Shown here piece by piece: positions 38,776 through 48,795 of a DNA stretch of 64,000 nucleotides. Position numbers and translations under genes: made by a program. The stretch covers positions 4,448,001-4,512,000 of the forward strand of contig OZ250165.1 in assembly GCA_965238005.1 (NCBI GenBank), read 5' to 3'. This DNA comes from Longimicrobiales bacterium (GTDB taxonomy: Bacteria; Gemmatimonadota; Gemmatimonadetes; Longimicrobiales; Gaopeijiaceae). The notes beneath the pieces were generated by a model, which saw only the letters and a program-made list of their open reading frames with translations, did not search any database and was not told the origin of the DNA. Numbering within the stretch: position 1 is the stretch's first letter; every line of letters begins with the position of its first letter.

Positions 38776-41004
38776 ATGTCAATCAGAAGAAGTGCATCAT
38801 CATGTCTCCGTCTGGCTGGCTTCCTGGCTTTCCTTGCAGTTCACGCCGTGGACGGTTCAGCGCAGGTCCCCGCTGAAACTCAGAATCGGTTGCGGGCGAT
38901 CTTCGAACAGGGTGAGTTGAATGCCAAGTCCTTTAGCGCGACCTGGCTCCGAGATGGCTCGGGTTACGTCGTGCGTGAACCAGTTTCCGGATCGGGAGAA
39001 CCGGCGCTTGTGCGCTATGACGCTGCAAGTGGCGATCGCACTGTGGTGGCTTCACCGTCACAGCTCAAACCTCAGGGGGCGGACACGCCACTCGAGGTCG
39101 TAGACCACGCATTCTCACCGGATGGTAGTTGGCTGTTGCTGCAGGCGTTCCGGGATGAGGCCGGAAACCGTGTCGTTGATTACTGGACGCTGGAGAGGTC
39201 ATCGGGAGCGCTTCGAAGAGTGGTTGCCGGGGTGTCTTCCTCATCCAGCAACAGCATTGCCCCCGACGGGCAGCGTTTCCTCTATTCCGATAAGGGAAAC
39301 CTGCACGTGTACGATCTGCGCCGTGACCAGACGATTGCTCTCACGAAGGACGGGGTCGTCGGCTCGGTTTCGAACGGTCGCTCGGTCTGGAGCCCAGATG
39401 GAAAGCGGATCGCTTATGTGCGGTCGGACAGGTCCGACGTCCGGTTGCGATCAATGCTTGTCCCGGGGGATCCAACGTATCCCGAGGTTAGAGAGGTCCG
39501 CTATGCCAGAATAGGCGGGACCATCGCGACACTTGGTGTCGGCGTCGTCGCTGCCGAGGGCGGCGAGACAAGCTGGCTCTCCATTCCTGCGCCGGCGGAG
39601 GGTTTCTATCTCGGACAGATCGGCTGGGCCGGAAATTCCGATGAGCTGCTGGTGGAGCAGTGGAGCAGATTCAGGGACAAGCGGGAGTTTCTCATTGCCG
39701 ACGTCCGCACTGGTAAGATCACCAGTATGTACGAGGAATCCGATCCGGCCTGGGTCATCGCGAGCTACCGTAAGAATGCCGGACTGGAGTGGATCCGCGA
39801 CCACCGCGCATTCATTGTAATGAGCGAAAAGGATGGCTGGCGGCATGCCTATGTCTACTCACGCAAGGGCGAGGAGCAAGCCCTGTTGACACCAGGCGCT
39901 AGCGATATCATCGAACGTAATATGGTGGACGAAGCAGGAGGTTGGTTTTACTACAACGCATCCCCTGACAACGCGACCCAGAAGTATCTCTATCGTGTGC
40001 GGCTGGACGGCAGCGGAGAGCCCGAACGGGTCACACCCATGAACCAGCCCGGTACGCATGACTACGTCTTCTCCCCCGACGCTAAGTGGGCGTTCCATAC
40101 CTACTCCACCTTTGACACGCCTCCGGTTACCGAACTCGTGGAACTATCCGAGCACCGGGTTGTGCGTGTGCTTGAGGACAATCATGAGGTGCGCGCCAAA
40201 ATGGAGTCCCTTATCGCCCGGCCAGCCGAGTTTCTTCAGCTTGATATTGGCGACGACGTGGTGATGGACGCATGGATGCTCAAGCCCAAGGACTTCGACC
40301 CTTCCCGGAAGTATCCCGTCTTCATTTATGTGTACAGTGAGCCACACGCACAGACCGTGCTGGACCGCTGGTCCAGCCGAAACAATTACCATCGCGTGAT
40401 CGCCGACCTCGGTTATCTCGTCGTGAGCATGGACAGCCGTGGCACACCGGCGCCGAAGGGCGCTGCATGGAGGCGGGCAGTGTTCGGTAGCCTTGGCCCG
40501 ATTTCTACCGAGGAGCAGGCATCGGCTCTGCAGGAGCTTGGCCGTACCCTGTCCTATGTAGACTTGTCCCGGGTCGGGATCTGGGGCTGGAGCGGTGGAG
40601 GTTCGAACACCCTCAATGCCATGTTCCGGAAGCCGGATGTCTATCATGTAGGGATCGCCGTTGCAGCCAAGCCGCAACCGGACCTCTACAATGCATCTTT
40701 CCAGGAGATCTACATGAATACCCCGGGGGTGAATCCGGATGGATACCGTGAGTCTGCCCCAATCAACTTTGCCGAAGGCCTCAAGGGCGACCTCCTGATC
40801 ATCCATGGCTCGGGAGAGACCAACACCCATGTCCAAATCATAGAGGGTCTGGTAGATCGCCTCATAGAACTGGGCAAGCAGTTTGATTACATGACCTACC
40901 CCAACCGTAACCATGGTATCCGGGTGGGTGAGGGCACATCGCTACACCTGCGCAATCTTATGGTACGGTATCTGTTCACGCATCTGCCGGCCGGTCCCCG
41001 GTAA
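38776..41004 (+). CDS. S9B dipeptidyl peptidase IV
   Basis: Beta-propeller plus GWSGGG nucleophile elbow and YPNRNH. Confidence 0.92.
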   Translation: MSIRRSASSCLRLAGFLAFLAVHAVDGSAQVPAETQNRLRAIFEQGELNAKSFSATWLRDGSGYVVREPVSGSGEPALVRYDAASGDRTVVASPSQLKPQGADTPLEVVDHAFSPDGSWLLLQAFRDEAGNRVVDYWTLERSSGALRRVVAGVSSSSSNSIAPDGQRFLYSDKGNLHVYDLRRDQTIALTKDGVVGSVSNGRSVWSPDGKRIAYVRSDRSDVRLRSMLVPGDPTYPEVREVRYARIGGTIATLGVGVVAAEGGETSWLSIPAPAEGFYLGQIGWAGNSDELLVEQWSRFRDKREFLIADVRTGKITSMYEESDPAWVIASYRKNAGLEWIRDHRAFIVMSEKDGWRHAYVYSRKGEEQALLTPGASDIIERNMVDEAGGWFYYNASPDNATQKYLYRVRLDGSGEPERVTPMNQPGTHDYVFSPDAKWAFHTYSTFDTPPVTELVELSEHRVVRVLEDNHEVRAKMESLIARPAEFLQLDIGDDVVMDAWMLKPKDFDPSRKYPVFIYVYSEPHAQTVLDRWSSRNNYHRVIADLGYLVVSMDSRGTPAPKGAAWRRAVFGSLGPISTEEQASALQELGRTLSYVDLSRVGIWGWSGGGSNTLNAMFRKPDVYHVGIAVAAKPQPDLYNASFQEIYMNTPGVNPDGYRESAPINFAEGLKGDLLIIHGSGETNTHVQIIEGLVDRLIELGKQFDYMTYPNRNHGIRVGEGTSLHLRNLMVRYLFTHLPAGPR

Positions 41005-41034
41005 ATACAGACTGTGGCTGGTTGGAGGTTGGTC

Positions 41035-42327
41035 CTATGCCTCCATCGGCCGATCAATCGCGGCGCTTGGTACCGAAAACCATTTTGGTCCGTCTTCGGT
41101 GATGTAGGCGCAGTCCTCAAGCCGCACGCCGAACTCACCATAGATCGCGACCATTGGCTCAACCGAAAAGCACATGCCGGGCGCCAGCGGTGTCTTGTTC
41201 CCCAGCACCATGTTGCCCCACTCATGCCCGTCCATGCCGATACCGTGGCCGGTTCGATGCGGGAGACCAGGCACTTTGTATCCGGGGCCGAAGCCCGCGT
41301 CTATGATGACCTTTCGGGCGGCAATGTCCACTTCCTCGCAGGGGACGCCCACTTGCGCCGCGTTGAATCCGGCCGCCTGCGCCGCCTTTTCAAGGTTCCA
41401 GATTTCCGTCTGACGGGTGGTTGGCGTACCAAAGACCGTTGTGCGGCTGATGTCCGACCTATAGCCATGAACGTTGCATCCACCATCCATCAGGACCATA
41501 TCGCCGTCCTTCAAATACTGGGGTTCGATGCTTCCGTGCGGAAATGCTGTCGCCCCCGCGAACGAAGCGCCGATCCGCCCACCTGGAGCACCAAGCCTTG
41601 TATGCGCTTCTGCCGTAATCGCGGCGAAGTCCTCAGGGCTCATACCTTCTTCCAGCTGGGGGATGCTGGCGCTGTAAGTCGTAATCGTAATATCCGAGGC
41701 TTTCTGCATCAGTTGCAACTCATGCGCGGTCTTGTACATGCGGCACGGAATGGTGACCGGGTCGGCACTCACGTAATGGTTCCGCGCGGCTTCCTGGCGA
41801 ACGCCATCGAACAGGAAGAAGCGTACCCGCTCCTCCATTGCGACGCGACCGGCGCTAATACCGAAATCCTTCAAGATTCCGGCAACAACCCTGTAGGGGC
41901 TCTCATGCTCCTGCCAGACGCGAACATCGTCGCCAAGGGTGATCAACTCGCGGGCCCGCGCTTCCTCGAACCCTGGTGCGACATATTTGATGTCGCCGTT
42001 GGCTGGAATCACAGCTGCAAACATGCGTTCGCCACCACGCCAGCTAATGCCGGTGAAATAGTCCATGGACGTGCCCGTATCCAGGAACATGGCGTCGATC
42101 TCGTTCTCCACCATCAGGCGCTGTGCTTTCTCAACCCGCGCCTCGCGTTCCGCAACGCTAATCGGCGACACTCCGTCCAGCATGGGCTCCAGGTCATCCA
42201 GCGGACCGACCGGTGGGGAGGCCTCTCCACCGGGCCCGGACGCCTCGCACGCCACTAGTCCTGAGGCAGCGGTCACGGCGCCGAGGGTTCCGGCCCTCTT
42301 CAAGAAGCTTCGTCGGTTGCTATACAT
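41035..42327 (-). CDS. M24 Xaa-Pro peptidase with Tat signal
   Basis: RRSFLK; DGG, SDISRT, HRTGHGIGMDGHE, SVEP and VRLED. Confidence 0.92.
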   Translation of the reverse strand: MYSNRRSFLKRAGTLGAVTAASGLVACEASGPGGEASPPVGPLDDLEPMLDGVSPISVAEREARVEKAQRLMVENEIDAMFLDTGTSMDYFTGISWRGGERMFAAVIPANGDIKYVAPGFEEARARELITLGDDVRVWQEHESPYRVVAGILKDFGISAGRVAMEERVRFFLFDGVRQEAARNHYVSADPVTIPCRMYKTAHELQLMQKASDITITTYSASIPQLEEGMSPEDFAAITAEAHTRLGAPGGRIGASFAGATAFPHGSIEPQYLKDGDMVLMDGGCNVHGYRSDISRTTVFGTPTTRQTEIWNLEKAAQAAGFNAAQVGVPCEEVDIAARKVIIDAGFGPGYKVPGLPHRTGHGIGMDGHEWGNMVLGNKTPLAPGMCFSVEPMVAIYGEFGVRLEDCAYITEDGPKWFSVPSAAIDRPMEA

Positions 42328-42486
42328 GAAATATCTCCTACCTGGGTTCGTGTGTGTGCTCAGGTCTCAAGAAAAATCGATTTGAGTGGAATTCCAGCAA
42401 ACAAGAAAACGGCGCCACGCACAGGGGCCAGCAAACGTCGGGTCTCTGGGATCGAATGTGGTTCCGTCGAGTCTCCCCACGCAAGA

Positions 42487-43821
42487 TTACGCCGACAACG
42501 CTCCACTGTCGGCGACCAGCACGACCTGAACGTCGCCCACGTTGGTACCGGTGGCGCCGGTGATCACCGCGTCGCCTAGGGCATCGAAGAAGTGGTGAGT
42601 GTCGTTGTCTGCAAGAACAGCCTTCGGATCGAGGCCGAGCGCATTAGCACGGTCGAGCGAGTCGGGGCCCGCGACGGCCCCGGCAGCGCTGGAACTACCG
42701 TCGATTCCGTCGGTCCCAACTGATCCTACCACGATCCCCTGCCGATCACCCAATGCCATGGCCGCGCCGAGAGCCAACTCGTGATTTCGGCCTCCGCGGC
42801 CGTCCCCGACAACTGTCACCGTCGTCTCGCCCGCCGCCACCAGGCACACAGGTGGAGGGACGGGGCTGCCGAAGTCCTGAATCTGGATAGCCGTGGTGGC
42901 GAGCTCCCCCCCAACACGACGGGCCTCACCCACGAGTTCCGTCGTGAGGATGTGGGACGCGTATCCCAATCGCTCTGCCTCTGCCGCCGCCGCACGGGCG
43001 GCTAGGGCGCCGTTGCCAACGATGGATGTCTCCACCTTCGCGAAGCAGGGATGTCCTCGGGACGGAGTTTCCTCCAGGGCACCTCTCTGGCCAGCCCGGA
43101 GATGCTCCTTCACGACCTGAGGTACTGCATCGAACACCCGTTTCGCCTCCAGCACCCTGACCGCTTCGGCGTAGGTCGTGGAGTCCGGCGCCAAGGGACC
43201 CGATGCGATCACGTCTAGTGGATCGCCCACCACGTCCGACAAAACGAGCGCTCGAACGTCCACGCCTTGCAGGAGCCTGGCCAGGCGTCCTCCCTTGAGC
43301 CCGTCGAGGTGCTTCCGCACCGTGTTGAGCTCCCCGATCGTCGCGCCTGCCTCAAGAAGGAGACGTGTCGTCTCACTCAAGTCGTCCAAGGATAGCCCCC
43401 CCGCAGGTAGCGCGAGCAAGGATGAGCCGCCGCCGGAGATCAAGCACAGCAAGTGGTCTCCTCGAGGAAGACCGGAGGCAAAGACCGCAACCCTCCTCCC
43501 CGCGTCTAGCGACCCACGGCCAGGAACGGGGTGTTCGGCCAACAACGTCTCCAGTCCATCGATATCGTCGACCGGATAGCCCCTTGGCACTACGATCATG
43601 CCCCCGGCGACTACGGCCCCGATCTGGGAAACCGCCCCCCTCACCATGGCCGGTGCCGCCTTCCCGACGGCCAGCACGTGGACCGGCGCAGACGCGAGCA
43701 CACGGGACGATGACTCCTCAGATCCACGAAGGGCTTCTGCCACCAGGGCAGACGGCTCTACTGCTTCGATCGCAGCTCGAAGGCATGCGACGGCCTGCGC
43801 CTTCATGTCACGGGAGACCAT
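42487..43821 (-). CDS. Glycerate 2-kinase (DUF4147/MOFRL, TtuD-like)
   Basis: GKAA, LISGGGSSL, VRKHL..LKGG, GGRN.E, GTDGIDG and TGTNVGD. Confidence 0.9.
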   Translation of the reverse strand: MVSRDMKAQAVACLRAAIEAVEPSALVAEALRGSEESSSRVLASAPVHVLAVGKAAPAMVRGAVSQIGAVVAGGMIVVPRGYPVDDIDGLETLLAEHPVPGRGSLDAGRRVAVFASGLPRGDHLLCLISGGGSSLLALPAGGLSLDDLSETTRLLLEAGATIGELNTVRKHLDGLKGGRLARLLQGVDVRALVLSDVVGDPLDVIASGPLAPDSTTYAEAVRVLEAKRVFDAVPQVVKEHLRAGQRGALEETPSRGHPCFAKVETSIVGNGALAARAAAAEAERLGYASHILTTELVGEARRVGGELATTAIQIQDFGSPVPPPVCLVAAGETTVTVVGDGRGGRNHELALGAAMALGDRQGIVVGSVGTDGIDGSSSAAGAVAGPDSLDRANALGLDPKAVLADNDTHHFFDALGDAVITGATGTNVGDVQVVLVADSGALSA

Positions 43822-43867
43822 CGGTGGCTCACTCCTCAGGAGATGTCCTTCTGTCGCGAATACCGCC

Positions 43868-44070
43868 TGTCCTCAGTTCTCCATGCGACATGCGTAGGCC
43901 GCCGTTTGATACATCTCGAGGTTGACGCAGTGGGGTGCCAGTCACCGCTCCAGGTGGGCCACGCTGCTCTAGACCGCCATCTGGGCCATGCGGGCTCGTG
44001 TGTCTCGGCTTGCGCTGGCGATGTGGGGAAAGAGGACGGCGTTGGGAAGCTCGGCAAGTCCGGCAGCAGC
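43868..44070 (-). pseudogene. C-terminal remnant of a D-glycerate dehydrogenase/glyoxylate reductase
   Basis: My translation gives LPNAVLFPHIASASRDTRARMAQMAV*, with internal stops. Confidence 0.6.
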
Positions 44071-44081
44071 TGAGGGCCGGC

Positions 44082-45131
44082 TCAGGAAGGGCCTTCCCGG
44101 TCCTCGATTTCCCCGAGTGATTGGCTCAGCCATCCCATCACGTTGAGTAGAAACCGAGCGTTGTGCGGAGCGGCCGAGTTGTTCATGCCGAACGGATACG
44201 GGCCCGTGGCCCGATCTTGGATCTGGGCAGAAAAAGCCGCCGCCTCACCGAAGACGGCGACGCGGCCGGCTCCATGTTCGATCAAGACGCCTTGCAGGAA
44301 TCCCACCCCCGGAATTCGGGCAGCGCTTTCGTCGAAATCGTACGCCCGCGTCGGCAACAGCAAGAAGGAATCGCCCGGCAGATGAAGGAGCGGTGCTGCC
44401 CGCACCCCCGGGAGGACGCGGAACCCCTGGCCGGTGAACGTCACCACGAAGGGGACTTCGCCACCTCCTTCGGCGCGTGTGACGGGATGATCCGCAAGGA
44501 GGCCCTCCTCCTTCGAAAAGACCAACTGGCTCTCGCGGTTGTCGAAGCTCACCGGGTCGTAGGCGTAGCTGTCGTAAAAGACGACGCCGAAGGCCCTCGC
44601 CAGGTTCTCCGCCGCCCCGGGGAACGGCATGTGATCCGCGATGAGCATGAGCTTGCCGCCCCCACTCACCCAGGTCTCGACGGCGTCGACTTCCTCCTCG
44701 GTGCAAGCGGGAGGCGTCGGCAGGCTCCACTCGTCTTCCTTCTCAGCGGAGAGCGCGTTCGAGATCACGAGAACGTCGATTTCGGCGAGCGCATCCCGCC
44801 TGAACGTCTCGGTGAACCCCCCGACCCGATAGCCGTCGCCGCGCAACAGGTTGGCGAACGACCGGTACTTGTCGTCAGCCGTGTGGTAGTTCCGGTGCGC
44901 TTCGTCGATGCCGACGGTGGGACCCTCGTCACGGGGGTGCCGCGGTTCGCCGCCATCGGGCACGACAAAGGCGTCGTCAGGGTATTGAACCGTGCCGTCC
45001 GTTCGGTCGAGATCCGCACATGCGCTCAACCCCAGAACGAGGGCGAGAGAGATCGAGCGCGCAGATCGAGCACCGGCGGCGATGGGCACGCTCAGGCCAT
45101 CGGAATGTACGTGACGCCCGCGATCTTCCAA
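44082..45131 (-). CDS. DUF4350-like / class I GATase-fold lipoprotein
   Basis: LSAC; IDEAHRNYH, GGKLMLIADHMPF and GRVAVFGEAA. Start uncertain. Confidence 0.65.
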   Translation of the reverse strand: MEDRGRHVHSDGLSVPIAAGARSARSISLALVLGLSACADLDRTDGTVQYPDDAFVVPDGGEPRHPRDEGPTVGIDEAHRNYHTADDKYRSFANLLRGDGYRVGGFTETFRRDALAEIDVLVISNALSAEKEDEWSLPTPPACTEEEVDAVETWVSGGGKLMLIADHMPFPGAAENLARAFGVVFYDSYAYDPVSFDNRESQLVFSKEEGLLADHPVTRAEGGGEVPFVVTFTGQGFRVLPGVRAAPLLHLPGDSFLLLPTRAYDFDESAARIPGVGFLQGVLIEHGAGRVAVFGEAAAFSAQIQDRATGPYPFGMNNSAAPHNARFLLNVMGWLSQSLGEIEDREGPS

Positions 45132-45134
45132 CCC

Positions 45135-45315
45135 TCATCCGTCATGAGAAGCGAGAGCGCGTCGATCCCGCAGTGGCTAAGCTCTCCGTCGTTGTGAAAG
45201 TCATAGGGGGTCCACACGACCGCGATGCGTCCGTGGAGCATCGTCCGGTTCCCGTGCGGCGACTGAAAGCACGAAGCCGAAAATGAGCAGAAGGGCGAGG
45301 GCGGGCTTCTGCATG
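45135..45315 (-). pseudogene. NTF2/lumazine-binding-like protein fragment
   Basis: Signal peptide, then a frameshifted VWTPYDFHNDGELSHCGIDALSL..TDEGWKI. Confidence 0.45.
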
Positions 45316-45325
45316 ATCGAGCGGG

Positions 45326-46888
45326 TCAACGCACCAGTGACAACCGCGCTGGGCGGGCTGACAGTGCCGCCTCGATGAGCCGGGCGATGTTGCGCTTGAG
45401 GTTCATCAGCTCCTCCTCGTGGATGTACATCATGTGCCCGGCCTCGTAGTAGTTGTGCTCGATGTTGCCTCGCAGTTCGTCGGGCAGGTTCATGTGATCC
45501 ATGGTCCACTCGGTGGCAAAGAACGGTGTCGCCAGGTCGTAGTAGCCGCTCTCGATCTGCACCTTGAGGTTGGGGTTGCGGATCATCGCCTGCGCGAGAT
45601 CGGACGCCACGTAGGCTGCCCCAGGCCGGCCGCGGGTGCCGCCACGGTTCCAGTTCCAATTCCGCGTGCCGCCGCCGGTAACGTAGGTCTCGGTGGTCTG
45701 GAATCCGAGCTCTTCACGCAGGTAGCGGTTGATCCCTGCGATGTAGGCTCCGGAGATGGCGGGCTGCTGCGGATCGTAGCCGGCCGTTTCTCCCAGTAGC
45801 TCGCTGGTGAGGCCTTCGTAACGAGCATCCAGCCGTGATGTGACCATTCCCTGGCTGCGCTGGAGCTCGGCACGAAACTGCGTCGCGCGGACGCGCAGGT
45901 TGGCGCGCTCGAGGTATTCCTCGGAAAGCCCGGTGTATCCGGCCATTTTCGCGCGCACGGCGGCCACCTGCGGCGCGGGAGCGGAGGAACCCTGTGCCAG
46001 CACGGGGGCGTATTCGTTGACGGCAAACGCCCGCACCTCGTCGAGCCAGCTCTCGAGGTCGTCCGGCCAGGGGATGATGCCGTGATGTGCCGCGGTGATG
46101 GCGTATGAAGGCAGAAATGTCACATACGAAACGTCCTGCCCGGCGTTGAAGCGCAACGTCTCGAAGTCGAGAACCGAGGAGATCAACACCACACCGTTGA
46201 AGTGCATACCGGCGCGGTTCTGCAACATGTTCACCAGCACCGCCGAGCGTGTCGTGCCGTATGACTCACCCATCAGGAACTTGGGCGAGTTCCAGCGCCG
46301 GTTGTCGGTGATGTATCGCGAGATGAACTGCGTCAACGAGGTCGCGTCCTCGTCGACGCCCCAGAAGTCGCTCCCCTGGCCGACGCCGACAACGCGGCTG
46401 AAGCCGGTGCCGATCGGATCGATGAAAACCATATCGGTGACGTCGATCAGCGTGCCGGGATTGTCGACCAAGTCGTACGGGGGCGGAGGTGTAGGGCCGG
46501 TATTGCTGACAGGCACCCGCTTGGGGCCGAAGGCGCCCATATGCAGCCACATCGCGGGCGAGCCGGGACCGCCGTTGTAGATGAACGAGATCGGCCGTGT
46601 GTTCGGGTCGACGTCGGGTCGGGTGTAAGCCGCATAGAAGAGGTTGCCGATGACCTCACCGTCGTCGTTGACCAAGTTCATGGTCGCCGCCGTTGCCGCG
46701 TACGGAACGGTCTCGCCATCAACGACGATCGTGTGCTCAGTGACCGACGATTGTTCATCGGGCACCGGCGCCATGGCTTGCGGGGTCTCCGGCGTCAGAC
46801 CGCCACCTCCGCCTCGCTGCTGCGCCTGGCTGGAAGGTACGAAGGCCACAAGGAAGGCGACTGCGATGGCGAGAGACTTGATCCTCAT
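45326..46888 (-). CDS. S10 serine carboxypeptidase
   Basis: YNGGPGS, IDPIGTGFS, GESYG and YEAGHMMY. Confidence 0.92.
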   Translation of the reverse strand: MRIKSLAIAVAFLVAFVPSSQAQQRGGGGGLTPETPQAMAPVPDEQSSVTEHTIVVDGETVPYAATAATMNLVNDDGEVIGNLFYAAYTRPDVDPNTRPISFIYNGGPGSPAMWLHMGAFGPKRVPVSNTGPTPPPPYDLVDNPGTLIDVTDMVFIDPIGTGFSRVVGVGQGSDFWGVDEDATSLTQFISRYITDNRRWNSPKFLMGESYGTTRSAVLVNMLQNRAGMHFNGVVLISSVLDFETLRFNAGQDVSYVTFLPSYAITAAHHGIIPWPDDLESWLDEVRAFAVNEYAPVLAQGSSAPAPQVAAVRAKMAGYTGLSEEYLERANLRVRATQFRAELQRSQGMVTSRLDARYEGLTSELLGETAGYDPQQPAISGAYIAGINRYLREELGFQTTETYVTGGGTRNWNWNRGGTRGRPGAAYVASDLAQAMIRNPNLKVQIESGYYDLATPFFATEWTMDHMNLPDELRGNIEHNYYEAGHMMYIHEEELMNLKRNIARLIEAALSARPARLSLVR

Positions 46889-46961
46889 GTGTACTCCTCC
46901 GAACTGTGTCTGCTAGAAGGGTGGCGACCTCATATATGTCAGCGCCGCCATTGTTCTGTAA

Positions 46962-48575
46962 TCATTGGGCAGCTCGCCTGCGTTTCTGCCTCTCGACCAT
47001 TGCCGCGACGTCAGCTAGGAGCTGCCTGGCGTCGTAGACAATCCCGTCCTTGATGGTGTAAATGATGCCGCCGCGGCGCTCGGCCTGACCGGTCGAGTCG
47101 TTGAGACGCACGACTCCGGTGCCGTAAAGGACCTTCAAGTCCTCAATCGGATTCTCGTCCACCAGCACGAGGTCCGCAAGAAATCCTTCGCGCACGACAC
47201 CGAAGTCGATCGGCTTACCGGTGGGCTTCATCAGCGTCTCTGCACCATGCATGGTCGCACCGCGGATGACTTCCAGAGGATGGAAGCCGGCCTCTTCTAG
47301 CAGCTCCATCTCCTCGATGGTCGAGAAGCCGAAGAGGTTGTATGTGAAGCCGGCATCGGAACTGACCGTCACTCTGCCGCCCATGTCCTTGTAGTCGTCC
47401 AGTAACTGCATCCACACGCGGTAGAAGTTCCGCCACGCCACCTCATCGGTGGACGTCCAGCGGTAGTAGTAGGAGCCGTGATTCGTGCGGCTCGGTTCAT
47501 AAAAGTCCCATAGCGATGGGAGTGTGTACTGCTCGTGCCAATCGGCAGTGCGCGCGCGCATCACGTCGCGGGTGGCAATATAGGCGGTCATCGTCGGGTC
47601 GAGGGTAACGTCCAGATCGAGCAGCTCCTCGAGCAACGCGCGCCACTCGTCGCCGCCGGGCGGGTGGATCATGTTCCACTGGCGTGCCACCTGGCCGAAG
47701 CGGTGTTGCTCGTTCGCGTAGTTCATGTCTGAAGGCCACGGTTGGACGTCGTGGTCGTCGTAGAGCGCCTCGAAGAGCCCGTAGTAGTGCGTGACCGAAC
47801 CCAGCCCGAGTCGCCCAGCATCGATTGCGTTCATCTGGGCCACACCGGTTTGCCCGAGGTGGGCGGTGGATCCCAACTGATGCTTCTTCGCCTCGTCGAG
47901 AAGGGCGGCCATGATCGCCGGGGGATGCGAGCCCAGCTTGAGTCCGTCGATGCCCTTGTCGGCCGCCCATCGCACCCACGCTCGCGCGTCGTCCGGGGTT
48001 CTGATCGGACCGCCGTCCCAACCCTGCCCAGGGCGCTGATATACCCACATCCGCGGGGCGGTGATCGCGTTCGCTGCGCTCCGCTCTTTCTCTTTGAGCG
48101 ACCAGTCGACCCCGCCAAACGACACGCCGCGCCCAGTCGTTACGCCATGGGCCATCCACAGCTTGTAGGCGTACTCGGCATCAGGCGCTTTCGGGACCCC
48201 ACCGGTGTGGAGGTGCAGATCCACGAAACCGGGCAGTACGTACATGCCCTCCGCGTCGATCTCGTGGACGGCACCTTGTGGTCGGCGCGATTCGTCCCCG
48301 GCGACGCCGGGCACTCCGACCCCGGCGATCCGGGTGATCAAGTTGCCTTCTATGACGATGTCGACGGGGCCGCGTGGCGGAGCACCGGTGCCGTCGATGA
48401 CGATGGCGCCGCGGATGATCAAGCGGTCGAACGGGCCCTCGCCCTCATCGGGTCCGCGGTCCGGACCCGGCGCTACCTGTCGCCCGAGAATCGGGGATAC
48501 GGATCCGAGGAGCAGGGCAAGGGCGGCCACGATGGCGACCCTGCAGCGACTGCCAGAGACGTAAGAAGTGAGCAT
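46962..48575 (-). CDS. Secreted amidohydrolase
   Basis: PGFVDLHLH, SSDAG and ADLVLVD; start at MLTSY has an RBS. Confidence 0.85.
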   Translation of the reverse strand: MLTSYVSGSRCRVAIVAALALLLGSVSPILGRQVAPGPDRGPDEGEGPFDRLIIRGAIVIDGTGAPPRGPVDIVIEGNLITRIAGVGVPGVAGDESRRPQGAVHEIDAEGMYVLPGFVDLHLHTGGVPKAPDAEYAYKLWMAHGVTTGRGVSFGGVDWSLKEKERSAANAITAPRMWVYQRPGQGWDGGPIRTPDDARAWVRWAADKGIDGLKLGSHPPAIMAALLDEAKKHQLGSTAHLGQTGVAQMNAIDAGRLGLGSVTHYYGLFEALYDDHDVQPWPSDMNYANEQHRFGQVARQWNMIHPPGGDEWRALLEELLDLDVTLDPTMTAYIATRDVMRARTADWHEQYTLPSLWDFYEPSRTNHGSYYYRWTSTDEVAWRNFYRVWMQLLDDYKDMGGRVTVSSDAGFTYNLFGFSTIEEMELLEEAGFHPLEVIRGATMHGAETLMKPTGKPIDFGVVREGFLADLVLVDENPIEDLKVLYGTGVVRLNDSTGQAERRGGIIYTIKDGIVYDARQLLADVAAMVERQKRRRAAQ

Positions 48576-48795
48576 CGTGCTGTCCTTCCTTGAAGAGGTC
48601 ACGGGACGAGCCTGGTGTCCGGCGCGATTTCTCAAACCTGCTTCCGGAGCGGGGTTGGAACTTCCTCCAGGCCACTGGTCTGCTAGAATGCTAACAGTAT
48701 ACGTGCCGTATACTGAGTAGAGAAAGGCGCCTGCCCCCCGGAGCGATCTAAGAGGCCGCGATGCATCCGTTTCGTGGAGAAACGTGGTTCTCGGG